Shown piece by piece: positions 22,501-34,188 of a DNA stretch of 64,000 nucleotides. Both the position numbers and the translations under genes were made by a program. This DNA comes from Phoronis australis. Its lineage: Eukaryota; Animalia; Phoronida. Each line of letters begins with the position of its first letter. The stretch's first letter is position 1. The notes beneath the pieces are model-generated. The model worked only from the letters and a program-made list of their open reading frames with translations. It searched no databases and had not been told where the DNA came from. The stretch spans positions 270,414-334,413 of the forward strand of contig NMRA01000214.1 in NCBI GenBank assembly GCA_002633005.1, in the 5' to 3' direction.

Positions 22501-25350
22501 CGCAAAGATTTCGTGACTGCTATATGATGTAGGTTGGGGATCAGAAATAGAGCATAATGCAAAACTTAAATACTACTGTAATTTGAAGATTCTGTACTGC
22601 TTTGAACCATGTCTTAAGTTACCACTACCTCATAGTCTTTATTCAAGCGTTTACTTGCGTTTCGTTGCTCTAACCGTAGACTACAAGTGGAAGTGGGTAG
22701 AGACGAGACAGTGGAATATTATGATAGATTGTTTAATTTGCAATGATGGTCTTGTAAAGGATGACTGAATACCACTTCTTGTTGATTTGCAAGGGATGTT
22801 ATGAACTTGGGTGCTTCCATTGAACTTCTTTCATAAAACGTGACCTAACTCAAGAATCCTGTATATGCCTGCATGCTAGCTAATTCAGATGTGTCTGTCG
22901 TTAAATAATTGTATTCTCCCCTTAAAAGAGAACAACTCTTAAATGGATTGACTGTGTGTGAAAATGCGCCTGTTTAGTTTTTGTTTAATTTACTTTGGTC
23001 CAGAGGCCTTTCTTACAGATAAACGTATTATACAGTCAGACTTGTACAAGCAGAGATGACTGACTGCTTGTGCAACGGATTAGATTTGTCGTTCCCGCTT
23101 GTTTTTTTTTTTTTTTGCAGTCTTGAGATTAGCAATTTTACCTTATTTCTGTATGTGGTAAAAATAAATTTGTAAAACATTGTTTGATACCGTTTTATTC
23201 AAACTTTGCATTACTGAACAATTACTCTGTTTATCTGTTTTTGCTGTATACGTGTGGACAAAGATGGTCACTTGCGGGTTTCTAATCTTATGGAAAAGTG
23301 GCCATTCGGAAATGGCCAGCATAACCTCGCATATAAAGTGCCCTTTACTGGTGATTTTCGATTGTAAAAACAAGAACTTTCGATTTTGGCCACTTTATGA
23401 TATAAAATTCTCTGCGAAGGTCTGAAGTCGTTCCGGGCTTAAATTCTTTCTACATATCACAACTGTCTGAACTCGGTTAGTCGATCGGCCACCGACTTGC
23501 CGATGTGTGGAATCATTTTCGAAACGTATGTTGTGAAAAGCAATCTTGGCTGTTTAAGTGAGCTATTTGACTCCTTCCAGAGCATGTGAGGTTCGGAGTT
23601 AAATAACCCGAGAAGTACTCCCACCAGATAATACGAGACGGAGACCCTTTTAGTCTGGCCACTTTCAGTTCAGGTCTATTTTTTTTCTTTCAAAGTGTGT
23701 CTTTTCCCACAAAGTTTCCTTCGAAAGGGTTCTTTTTCCGATTTTAAGACCTGAATTCAAAACTGCACAAATAAGTTCATTTTCCAACTTAAAAAACACA
23801 GAAAAGTTTTTAAGATTTTGTAGGACTCTAGTGAGAAAACTGTCTAATTTTGGCCAACTTAGGAACATATCTCATAAATGGCTGGCAGGATTTACTTGAA
23901 ACTTTCAGGTACTGTGCTGTATGCACTGTTCTTTAAAACGCTGTTGGGAATTGTTTTCAGAGTGTTCCATTCAGTGACTTTTATGAAAAAAATTAAAGTT
24001 GCGTAAAACGAAAATGAAACGATAATTATAAAACTGTAACAGCATTTTTGAGATTTTATCTTGGAACATCTATATCACACGAAATTTCCCCCATGTTATT
24101 GTTCTTGTTGTTTTGCTATGAATGTACCGCTTTTTAAAAAAATGATAATTAAAAACATGGTCACGTGACCTAATTAATGGCAGATTGGTATGAAGACAAA
24201 AATAAAATCTACGGAATTTAAACTTTCAGAAAAGATGTCCTTTTGTTGAGTTTTGTAGATCATTGTCTTGTCTATAAGCTCTGCATAGCCTTAACATTAT
24301 CTCTATTTTAAAAGTTCCGTTGCAAAAATGCGGAAATTGTTTTCAACATTTCTCTTTTTGCGTGTGGTTTTAGGTTTAATGGGTTAAAAAGACAACTGTC
24401 CATTGCAATCCTTACTGAAGGGTTAGTAGGTCTGTGGAATTTCTACAGTAGTGGTACTGTCCATTGCATACCTATGAAAAGGTTAGTAAGTCTATGAAAT
24501 TTCTGCAGTAAGGTGGCCACTGAGGTGTTTCTGGAACTAATCATTGCCGGTTGGAATGGTCGAGAGCCATTTTCCGATGACTAGAGCGCAATGCATTCTG
24601 GGCAGAACTGTAACTACACAGACTTGTCAATAAGATATTCTACACTGTGTCCCAAAAGTGTTAACGGAGATGTTCATCAATTTCACGAAAGAATGGGTGC
24701 CGGTGGTTTTAGGGACTGGCAACTATACCCGTCACGTACAGTTTAGTTAGTTGTTTGCCGCACTGCAGAGTCGATACATTGCAGCAGCACACGCAACATA
24801 TTCTGAGGATTTTCAACAAAAAGGACTGTAACTGCGCTTTCCGTAAAAAAACACTGAAGAAATAGCGGCCTATGATCTTTGGCGTTTATAGACCGATAAC
24901 TCTTGCTCAAATTTCACAATTGAAAAGATTTTTAGGCTTACAGTATTTAATCAATTCTCCCACATGTAGTACTTGCTTCAGACCAGTCCCAACGGACGGT
25001 ACCGAATAGCTTTAATAGGTGTATTTTAAATGAACGCGTGATTTTGCTAGATTTTTTCAGTAGCCGCGAAGGTTGACGTGATATTGTTGTAATTCGCCTG
25101 TGTTTAGTATGACGTCATTTCATGTTTTATTAGCTCTTTCAATGGTGAGTACTTTTAATTGGGACACGGCACGAAAGTCTTTCCCCCGACGCGGCCCCGA
25201 GTTTTATTCATTGCTCCTTATACTGTCTAGTAAAAGCTACCGGATGCGTCCGACCTCAGACTAACCTTTCTGTATCTGTTGTCTATGCAATAAATGTATT
25301 AAAAATAAAAAATACACTCATGGGTTGTAAGCAGGCGCTGTAAATTACCG

Positions 25351-25600
25351 TATTGAACCAACGAGTGTAACAGTTGCTGGAAGTATCTCAGAAGTTTATC
25401 ACAAGTCAAGGCTTCGCATCACTGGCTGGAGCATAAACAGACATTACGTCGGACGTTTTGTTTGAGTAGGCTTGTGAACGTACGGTCGGGATTAATAAAG
25501 GATTAACTCGAACCAGTCTTCAGTCAATCTTCGCACCGAAAGCTATTAGCACCGGTCTGTAACAACCTGCGCCCACCCACACACGGAGAAAAACGTGACA
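25351..25600 (+). mobile_element. 3' fragment of an LTR (same family as 28175-28880, opposite orientation)
   Basis: 250 bp reverse-complementary to 28175-28424 (13 mismatches by eye); AATAAA at ~25494; ends CGTGACA. Confidence 0.8.
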
Positions 25601-27942
25601 GTCCGATATTTAGGGTCCGTCCGATAATTAGGTTCACTACATGTATGTGTAGGCCTACTTTGTAAACTTTCATCATTGTGTCGTGTGCGAACCATGCAAG
25701 TAGAAGCTACCTTCAACGTCACATTAGTAGTTATGGTTTGGTCTACACAGCGTGTTTAACACCACAACACGACGTGCAACTATGTTGACTAGCAGAAGAG
25801 TAGATGTTCTGGTATACCGTTCAGTTGTTGTTTTACACATGCTAACAATGGCTTCGGCGAAGGAACCTTCGCCTTTGAAATTTCTAATGAATTCTTTTAC
25901 CTAAATATAACTTGAATAACGTACAATTAGCCTATTTCACCACAGGCCAGTGTCTGCAAGCGTTTCCGATGACTGTCAAACAGAAACTTGCCCTATTTTG
26001 TGATTGAAACTTCGAGAGAAAAAACCCATATTGTCAAAGGAAATGTATTTTCTGGTAACATGAGGGCGCTGGAAGAAATATACTGGAAGTTAACCGCAAA
26101 ATCCGTAAAGAGCAAAAATGGCGGGCGTTACAAAATTATCAAGAGTGTAATCATTCAGGACACATGACTCTTGCCGCCCGAGTTAACGTACAACCATTAA
26201 GCGAGTTTTCTCCAGCTTTTGTAACGAAGAGATGTATGCAATACATTTGATAACAGGGATCTGGTGACTTTAATTAATAGGTCACACATTTCGTGCAATG
26301 CCGAATCCTACCATAACACCTGCGCACTTCTGATATACCAGAACAGACACCAGCCCGATTGCACTTGTTTTTTACCATGTCATGTCGTGAACACATCCAC
26401 TACCACAAGAAACTGTAGCAAACCGCATTTATCCACCTTCGCTCTTATCAGGCTTCTATTGTGAGTCAGCATGCGTGAATAATTGGCTGATAAGCCACCT
26501 ATGGAACTACTTTTGGCTGAATGGATGACAGGCCATCAAATGATAATTAGCCAAGACCAGTCAAATAATGCAACAAAGAATAATGTCATACATCACCTAG
26601 CCTTGGTGGAAAGCTGTATACTGTATTGGCTCTAATAAACGCTTAGAAAAATTCATTTCACGGGGAGGGGACGCTTATTGTAGCCTAAGGCAGTTGAAAC
26701 CCGGTTTCCGAAACGCGTAAAATTGGAAGCTAAGATTCATCAAATTTACGCTCTGTGGCGTATTTGTAGCCTATGGCAGTCTTTCTACAAAACTGAGGTA
26801 CATTGCTATCAAACTCCGTTGTTAAATTACGATCATTTTTCAAAAAATTGTGCTGAAATCCTAGGGGAAAACTTGCCGACTGATACGTCGCTGAATCGCG
26901 ATCGTCAAAAGGAAAACTTGAATTCTTGAATAAAAATATAGTTTCGACTCAACAAATTACCTGAAATCTTCCTTATGTTTTACAATTTCTAAAGTTCACG
27001 TGGAGTCCAGATTAATTGCGATTAAGTCCAAATCTGCGCTACATCGTACCCCAGAACACGAGAAAAATCTCTGGATGAACACACATTGTTTATTTTGATG
27101 TTCGTCTGCGTATCAGAGTAAGTGCGTGTGCGGGTCATTGACGACAGACTTTTTTGTTACAAAAAGCGGAGGATTATGCAAGAAAATGGCGTTTAGTAGA
27201 TAGTTTTCCACTTAAACGGCTGCAACGTGCAAGGTGAGTGCCGGTTAACTCACAGATTTCGTGTGCTCAGGCTGACGGCCGTTAGCTCTACCGTGGAGTA
27301 AAACATTAACAGCCGATTTCATAAAGGTGGTTTAACAAAACCAGGTTTAAGGCTTAAACCTGGTCTTCCTACACCTGGTCTAATTTTAGACCCAACTTGC
27401 ATTTCACCAACGTGGTTTAAAAGTCTGAAAGCCTGGTTTTGTTAGACCAGGGAGCCGGTTTAGTAAAACCAGGTTTAAAGTATCAAAGCCATCCTGCTGT
27501 GTCGATCTGGATTAACCCAGCAAAAAACTATTGAAAATTAAACCTTGGTCACGTGGGTATACAATGGCACACACTAGTAGAGTCAGTGCAGACATTTGCG
27601 AAAAAGGTGTAAAAGCTTTTCTCATGAGGAAAACTGTAATGTGTGTGACCAACACACGTATACACACATTAAAGTACATGCTCACGATTAGCCGTTATAT
27701 CATATACATGTATGTCCAAATTTATTTCCGTGCCATTTTAGTGTTATTTTTCGCGGCCAAAGGGGGGGGGGCAAGACCCCTTCCCGGCAACATTAAATTG
27801 GAGACCAAAGGCGGTGGAACTCAGAAGAATCAGAAAATGCTGTCTTCAGTCAAACCCGTAAGGCTTATGACGATGACGCCCTGCTCGACCTGTCGTATTC
27901 TGAAGAATCAGCAGGACACTATCCAGCACGAACTGGTCTACA

Positions 27943-28097
27943 CATAGACGGATCCAAGGGGGTCAAGGGGTCCGGACTCCCTTTTTGCTTGATTTTAGTG
28001 AGATCAAATCTATAATCTTCAAATTTTTGACTTGGTCCCCCCTTTTAAAAAGTCCTTGACCGACCCCCTCCCCTTAAAAGTCGTGGATCCGCCCCTG
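27943..28097. mobile_element. Small MITE (GGCGGATCC-type ends)
   Basis: CATAGACGGATCC ... GGATCCGCCCCTG with G-rich/C-rich arms. Confidence 0.55.
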
Positions 28098-28174
28098 CTA
28101 CGTTTGATCTTGTGTCATCGTGAAAATGAATATTGAAAATAGTTCATTTTTGCTCTAAAACTGCGTCGTAAATG

Positions 28175-28880
28175 TGTCACGTTTTTCCCCGTGTGTGGGT
28201 GGGCGCAGGTTGTTACAGACCGGTGCTAATAGCTTTCGGTGCGACGATTGACTGAAGACTGGTTCGAGTTAATCCTTTATTAATCCCGACCGTACGTTCA
28301 CAAGCATACTCAAACAAAACGTCCGACGTAATGTCTGTTTATGCTCCAGCCAGTGCTGCGAAGCCATGACTTGTGACGAACTTCTGAGACACGTTCAGCA
28401 GCTGTTACACTCGTCGATTCAATAACCTGCTGTCTCTATAGCTGGTTCTCTATTGACTATCGCTGTAACTGCTGATTCTCTTCACTGCAACTCAACTGTA
28501 ATTCTCCTGATACACTTTCTTGAACTGACTTATCTTCTGATGAACTGACTTGATCTCATGATGAACTGACTTGATCTGACTAACACAAACTCGTGCTTGT
28601 GTATTTATAGCCTGATACATTGTTCTGGAACTTTTCATCAATTCAAGCACATTCTAGAACTTTCGTGAATCTACCCAACCATTCTACAAACATACACTAG
28701 TCTCTAGAATATTCCAGACTGCATTCATCAATGTCATGCTAGAATCTTCTAGAAAGTTCCACGCTGTTTTGTAGTAAACAAATTACACCATCACTGTACT
28801 TAACTCAGGGGTCATGCCAATCAACAGAATAACAAAACAAAACAATACAACTAAAAATACTGTCAGACTATATTCTGACA
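28175..28880 (-). mobile_element. Solo LTR, 706 bp, 5-bp TSD AAATG
   Basis: AAATG|TGTCA...TGACA|AAATG; on minus a TATAAATA (~28602-28609) precedes AATAAA (~28276-28281). Confidence 0.9.
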
Positions 28881-29048
28881 AAATGCACACCGCGGCCTCA
28901 TTCAGTTTCACCTATATCATGCAAGTCTGTCATATTTAACAGTTAAACCTAGGTCTGACCAAGTCTAAAGTTAAATCTGGTTTAAGATCTTAATACAGAT
29001 CTAAAGAATATAGACTTCGTTGGTGAAATGAAAACTGACGTAGACCAG

Positions 29049-29449
29049 GGCCCGGTCTCCAATCTTTTTACTCGAAATGGAACTCGAAATTAGGTTTGGC
29101 ATTTTCTACTCTACTTTTGGGCGAACTCAAGATAAGTGTCTATTATTCTATGCTCGAGTATACAATAACTTACGTAGATAATTTATTGCCCTTAGTTCAC
29201 AGTTTGTAAACCCAATATTAAAGCAATAAGTTCGAGTTTGAACTCGAAATTTCGAGTTTTTACTCGAGATTGTAGCACGAATATAAGGGTCTTCAAGGGC
29301 AAACTTGAACTAGAAACTCCTATGCATTAACTATAATGTATTCGAGCACAGTCTGATAACCAATTATCTTAAGTTCGCACAAAAGGAGCAGAGAAATTGC
29401 CAAAAATAGTTTCGAGTTCGTTTCGAGTACAAAGATTAGAGACCGGGCC
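29049..29449. mobile_element. Harbinger-like MITE, 401 bp, 3-bp TSD CAG
   Basis: CAG|GGCCCGGTCTC...GAGACCGGGCC|CAG; internal ACTCGAA/TTCGAGT repeats; removal restores the host motif TAGACCAGGTCTA. Confidence 0.88.
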
Positions 29450-30188
29450 CAGGTCTAAATAGGAGTTAAACTAGGTTTTACTAGACCACTGGTCTAAAAG
29501 TTAAGCCACTTTACGAAGTGCAGATTATCTTTAAGCCTGGTCTAAGTCCAGTTTAAACCAGGTTTAACTTTAAACCACCTTTATGAAATCGGCTGTATAA
29601 GTCTAAGTGATGTGGCTCAATTTCGGGAGTGCCGACCATTTTGGTCAGTCATGCGAGGAAGCATTTTGAGAAGTTTATACCAATACGTGATCACGGCAAC
29701 ATACAGGTAGTTATTAGTAAATAACGGCAACCGCCGACATGCGCTCAGTGCAGCAACGTTTCAGCATGAATTAGCTACACCCAATACACGCATGCAAAAT
29801 TTAATTTGCACTTGTTCTAACCAGTTGTATTCTTGTAAGCCCCATATTTCGGTTCCATAGCATGAGCTGGGGCAAATTATTCTATCAAATGCCTCAAAAG
29901 CCACACGTGGTTGAAATACATGTATGGTCCAGCTTCTTTGTAGCTTGGCGACTGTAATGGCTACCTCCGTGGCTTGGGCTGACAGGGTCTGAGCAGACAT
30001 AGTCCACTATAACTTTGGCGTGAACACAACACCAAGATACTTGTAGCTGGCATGGAAATCACTTCGAGTTTTTCACCTCCAAAATACCACATCTCGCAAT
30101 TTCTTAAGGGACCTCCGTTTCTAAACACCATAACTGTGGCCTTCACTAAATTTACAGACACGTTCCATTCCTGGCAGGACTTACTTAA

Positions 30189-31817
30189 AGGAGCACGCCA
30201 CCCAAAAAAACAACCTAATTTGTATCAATTCAGATCAAGTAGTTCTACTCCATAACGACACGTACAGTTGCGTTACCTGACACCTGACGGCAGACGGAGG
30301 TGTTGAAATTATCCGATGACGTCATTGGTTTCACACGCAGCCTATTCAGCAGTTCACAACACGGGTTACTGGTGTCAGCTTATCGCTTGAAGTCATCGTT
30401 TAACACCAATAAATCATCAAACTTCGATGTAAAACCCTTGAAAATACACCGAGTTCTTATAAAAACGTGTTGTTCTATTTCGCTCTTACGGATTTATTGG
30501 TATTTGGACACACCGTAGCCTACAAAGTTCGGCAGGCCAATAAGGTCCGTAGCAGGAGTTTGGAGTCTGTTCGGAGATAATTTCGAAGTATTTTCCGTGA
30601 GATATAGACAGGAGAACCTAGATCTGTGTTGTTTAGACTTGTGATTTTTGAGTTAATTCTAAACAAAAAACGCTAGTTATCCTGGCCAGTGACTCGGAAA
30701 CTGATCAGACATCACGAACATAAACCAGCCAAAGTTTAGTGGAAACTAAACTTCCAGTCAAAAAAAATACTATGCTAGTGAGCCAAAGTAATGTGCACGG
30801 TGATTATGTTGGTGAAATAGCGACGAAACTGCAAATCTACTTACTCGTCGGGGGCCGCGAATTCAGGTTCCGCGTTGGCCACAGCACTGTCAGGGCAGAA
30901 GTTGTACATTGACAATCATTATTTGAGTAATGTAAATGTAAATGTAAATAAAGATTCCCCTAACACCTGGCCGTGGGATGGAAATGGAGTTGTTTCACAA
31001 CAGTTTCTGCCAGCAAACACTAAATTAGCATGAGCTCACACGGCCTCGGTTCCCGTCAATTAGTTTTATTGCACCTAAAGCCGGTAACGCATAGATTTAT
31101 TCATTGCTGGCTTCTCAAATCATTAGCACTCACGAACACTCCAAAGGCATTACAAATTGCATCTAATGATACAGACTTTGTTTGAGTTTTATATAAGTAT
31201 TGGTTAGGGTGAGAATAATTCATTTTGAAACAGAACGCTCAGTAATATACGAACATGGCAACTCGCAATCCCGACTTAGGACGAGCTAGAGCTCGATCAG
31301 TCTCGACTTCGCAGGTGGATCGTTAAGTTTTACACGCTATCAATTCGAACAGGAATACAGTGATGAAGAAATACTAGGGAGGCGCCGTGAACAAGCTCAG
31401 ACAACGGAACGTATGGAGTTATTCGGTAAGCCGGCATTCGTCAGGTACTGTCGACGTCTGCAGGCCACAGACACGGAGATGTTTCACGGCCTCATACTTG
31501 CTATTTACAGCGTACATTTCATTCTTCAATACCATGAGCCACTTCCTAAGCATTTCGGACTCTCGAGGAAGTAAAAAAAAACGATATACCCGCTTTCCTC
31601 GCAGCTGCTTAGTTCGCCCAGGCGGGAACGATGCACCGCAACATAGCGGCATTCACTCTGCATATGAACCACTGACGTCGCTAGCGTCGTTTCTCACCTT
31701 CCTCACAGGTTAACGCGACACCTCTTGGCAAAGTAAGGTCGACCGTATGCGAGGTGATGGGGATATAGACCGATTAAGACGGCAAAAAAGACTAATTAAA
31801 TCGGGTGGCATTCTCCT
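30189..31817 (-). mobile_element. Kolobok-type DNA transposon derivative with TTAA TSD
   Basis: TTAA|AGGAGCACGCCACCC ... GGGTGGCATTCTCCT|TTAA; carries a THAP remnant. Confidence 0.85.
31419..31652 (-). pseudogene. Degenerate THAP DNA-binding domain
   Basis: MPLCC...FFLLP...RKW...LRVCGL matches the THAP C..P..W..C-H spacing, with the second C and the HF lost. Confidence 0.65.
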
Positions 31818-33224
31818 TTAAAGCACACAGTAGTTTTTGCAGTTGAACTGGAGATTAAGTGCACAAAGCCATATCATCAGCATATCACAAAACTTTCATA
31901 TCGGAAACATTTTGACATAGAAGAATACCATCGTCATTACTAGAATGGATACATTCTACAAAGTCATTAGGTTTTTAAATAATCACCATGAACTCCAATA
32001 ATAAACTTTCAAAGTCAAGTGACTGTGTAGACTCGATCCGACACGTGCTCTGTAATGAAACCTTGGACAAATGTAGTTTTGAAACAAGTGCTCAAATTTT
32101 ACATAATGTTAAACTCGATAGTTGCTTTTTTGTAAATTGCATAGAAAATTAATTGTGCCACAGTAACAATTTACATGTTTGACACGCCTTCACGTGATGT
32201 AACCAACATGTTACCTGTGTGAACACATATGAATACAGTGCCTTCAACAATTTGCTTCTCAATATAAATGAGCTTCCCAGGTTGTACACGTGCGTCTGTT
32301 GATGTTAATTTTGCTTTTAAGACTCGTTTTAATAGGTTAAATAGAAAACTCGCGCACACAGTTGTACAAATATACTTTACTATTTAGAAAGATTTATAAC
32401 AACACTTTACATATCACTTTTGGCTATGGATATTCTCGTGCTACGACCGGTAGGGTTCGGGTTAATCACGGCGTAAACGGGTGGGCAGAGCCTGATAGTG
32501 GAAAGCAATACGAGTTCCTGAATCGAAAGTTGACAGACAGGAAACAAAAAACACCGACCTATCCGTTTGAGAGACCACGACCCCAAAGGCAAATCTCTGT
32601 TCACGAATCAAGACTGACGGACGACCTGCATCTAACTTCGTCGTAGCCCCCATGCGGTTTAGTTTTTGAAAGTTCCATTCATATGCAATTTCCTCGAAGA
32701 TCTCTCCCGTTTATTCACTGCAAGATGACATGTGGCACGATTTTCCATTGAGAACACTCGTTTGGTATTCAGTATCTCTAAAAGGCGAGTTTATTGGTCT
32801 GGATTGTGTAATGACGTGGTTACCTGGTTGTTGCACTTCGATTACTTGGTGTGCTCGTAGTTCATTGGAAAGCGCAATAACCCCTCCTGAGAAGTAATAG
32901 CATGACCCTTGAATGTTTCCCTTTGAGTGGGTCGGCCTGCTGTTTCAGATTGCGGCCATTTCCTTGAAAGTGCTCACCGTCAGGTGATGATGTCTTACCC
33001 TATACATGAAGGAGGCTGCAGGTGCGTAACTTCTGTCATTAATTACATTTTTGTCTGGCTGATTACTGTTACAGTTCTCCACCTGTGGCAACTGTTTGGT
33101 GTACAGGTAGTTGTTATACATATATGTTTCAAGTGTCGGCTGTATTTTACGGTAGTTGTACATTGGGTTATACTCATACATTAGTGTTCGGGTCGTGATG
33201 ACGCACATTTATTCAAATGGATAT

Positions 33225-33386
33225 TCACTGAGAAGACTATGGGTTTGAGAGAAGAACTGCTGTCCGTGTAAATACTCTGAATATACATTTGAATTTAATA
33301 ATATGTATTTCTGTATGAGTAAGCAAAGCCTACGATGTACAATAAGTGGTATTATTACAATTATTATTATTATTATTATTATTATT
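33225..33386 (+). mobile_element. 5'-truncated retroposed insert with (ATT)n tail and 10-bp TSD
   Basis: AAATGGATAT at 33215-33224 and 33387-33396 flanks 162 bp ending in (ATT)n; absent from the other array units. Confidence 0.75.
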
Positions 33387-33511
33387 AAATGGATATATAT
33401 ATCCATCTATCAAATGTATTGTCATTAGCTTGCACTAGACGTTTGTTACTTGACTTGCTGAATTTAACGCTCTTTCTAATCCCGACTAACAACTGTACTA
33501 ACATACTAACT

Positions 33512-34188
33512 AGGGCCCTAACGTGCGTCCCGTTTTATGGACTCCAGATCCTATTTGTCACGGGTTTTTGTGTCCCGGTGTTTTGCATAGACGCTAAACG
33601 GAAGAGTGTGGAAGTTTTAGCAACACTTGAAATTTAGGCCCACATGACAGTTGTCAGGTGCTTTTCGATCCTGATTTAGGGCATAAGTTCAACAAATAAT
33701 AAAGTAACGTGTTATTTATATGCATTCTCCTTAGTTGCATTGGATTCTGGTCGTTGTCAGATAAAGCAATGCCCCCTGGAATTTTGGAATGCTAGCTCAC
33801 TTCTTGAAAATGCGCGTTTAGTTTTCGAGATTTCGGCTTGGTCGCAAACGGCGAACTTGGGTATGTTAATTTCCTTGGCTCACCGAACACTGACCAATGA
33901 CACATAGAACTCGGTGTGAAAGTAGCCATTGTCCCCCTGGAGAAGTTGTCCGACTTACGTGTATTTGAAGGAAGCATCCGGCTAATCCACTGATTAACGT
34001 GCCAGTACACCGGCATTCAAATACATGCAGCAAGGACATTCTCTGCAGGGGGACAAACACAGCTACCACACCAGGACACAGAACTCCGTCCGATGCAATG
34101 AAAACTGGTCATACCGAACCCGGGACACGTACATACAGTGTATGTAGAATCGCGATATGCATAAAACGGGAACACATCAGGTGACCCC
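33512..34188. mobile_element. hAT-like non-autonomous element inserted in the first array unit
   Basis: Imperfect TIRs GGGCCCTAACGTGCGTCCCGTTTTATG ... CATAAAACGGGAACACATCAGGTGACCC; the sequence is absent from other units. Confidence 0.5.

Larger units (their letters stand above)
27310..29595. mobile_element. Non-autonomous TIR element (Harbinger-like) hosting three nested insertions
   Basis: TIR CAGCCGATTTCATAAAGGTGGTTT ... AAACCACCTTTATGAAATCGGCTG; many subterminal AAACCAGGTTT/AGACCAGGTCT palindromic motifs; no clean TSD. Confidence 0.8.
29761..31975 (-). mobile_element. Non-LTR retrotransposon (LINE, RTE-X-like) reverse transcriptase fragment, split by a Kolobok insertion
   Basis: 31975-31822 joined to 30188-29761 reads NDFVECI..DMKVL*YADDMALC..QLQKLLCALSKSCQEWNVSVNLVKATVMVFRNGGPLR..YKYLGVVFT..FDRII..YGTEIWG..EQVQIKFCMRVLGV; clade assignment tentative. 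Confidence 0.85.

Noticed and set aside
32888-32935. QGSCYYFS as a C-type lectin gene
   Set aside because: No downstream W..A...C, WIGL or WND motifs; kept only as part of the stop-poor frame finding
33209-33406. Signal-peptide-like poly-Ile ORF
   Set aside because: Produced by the (ATT)n tail of a retroposed insert
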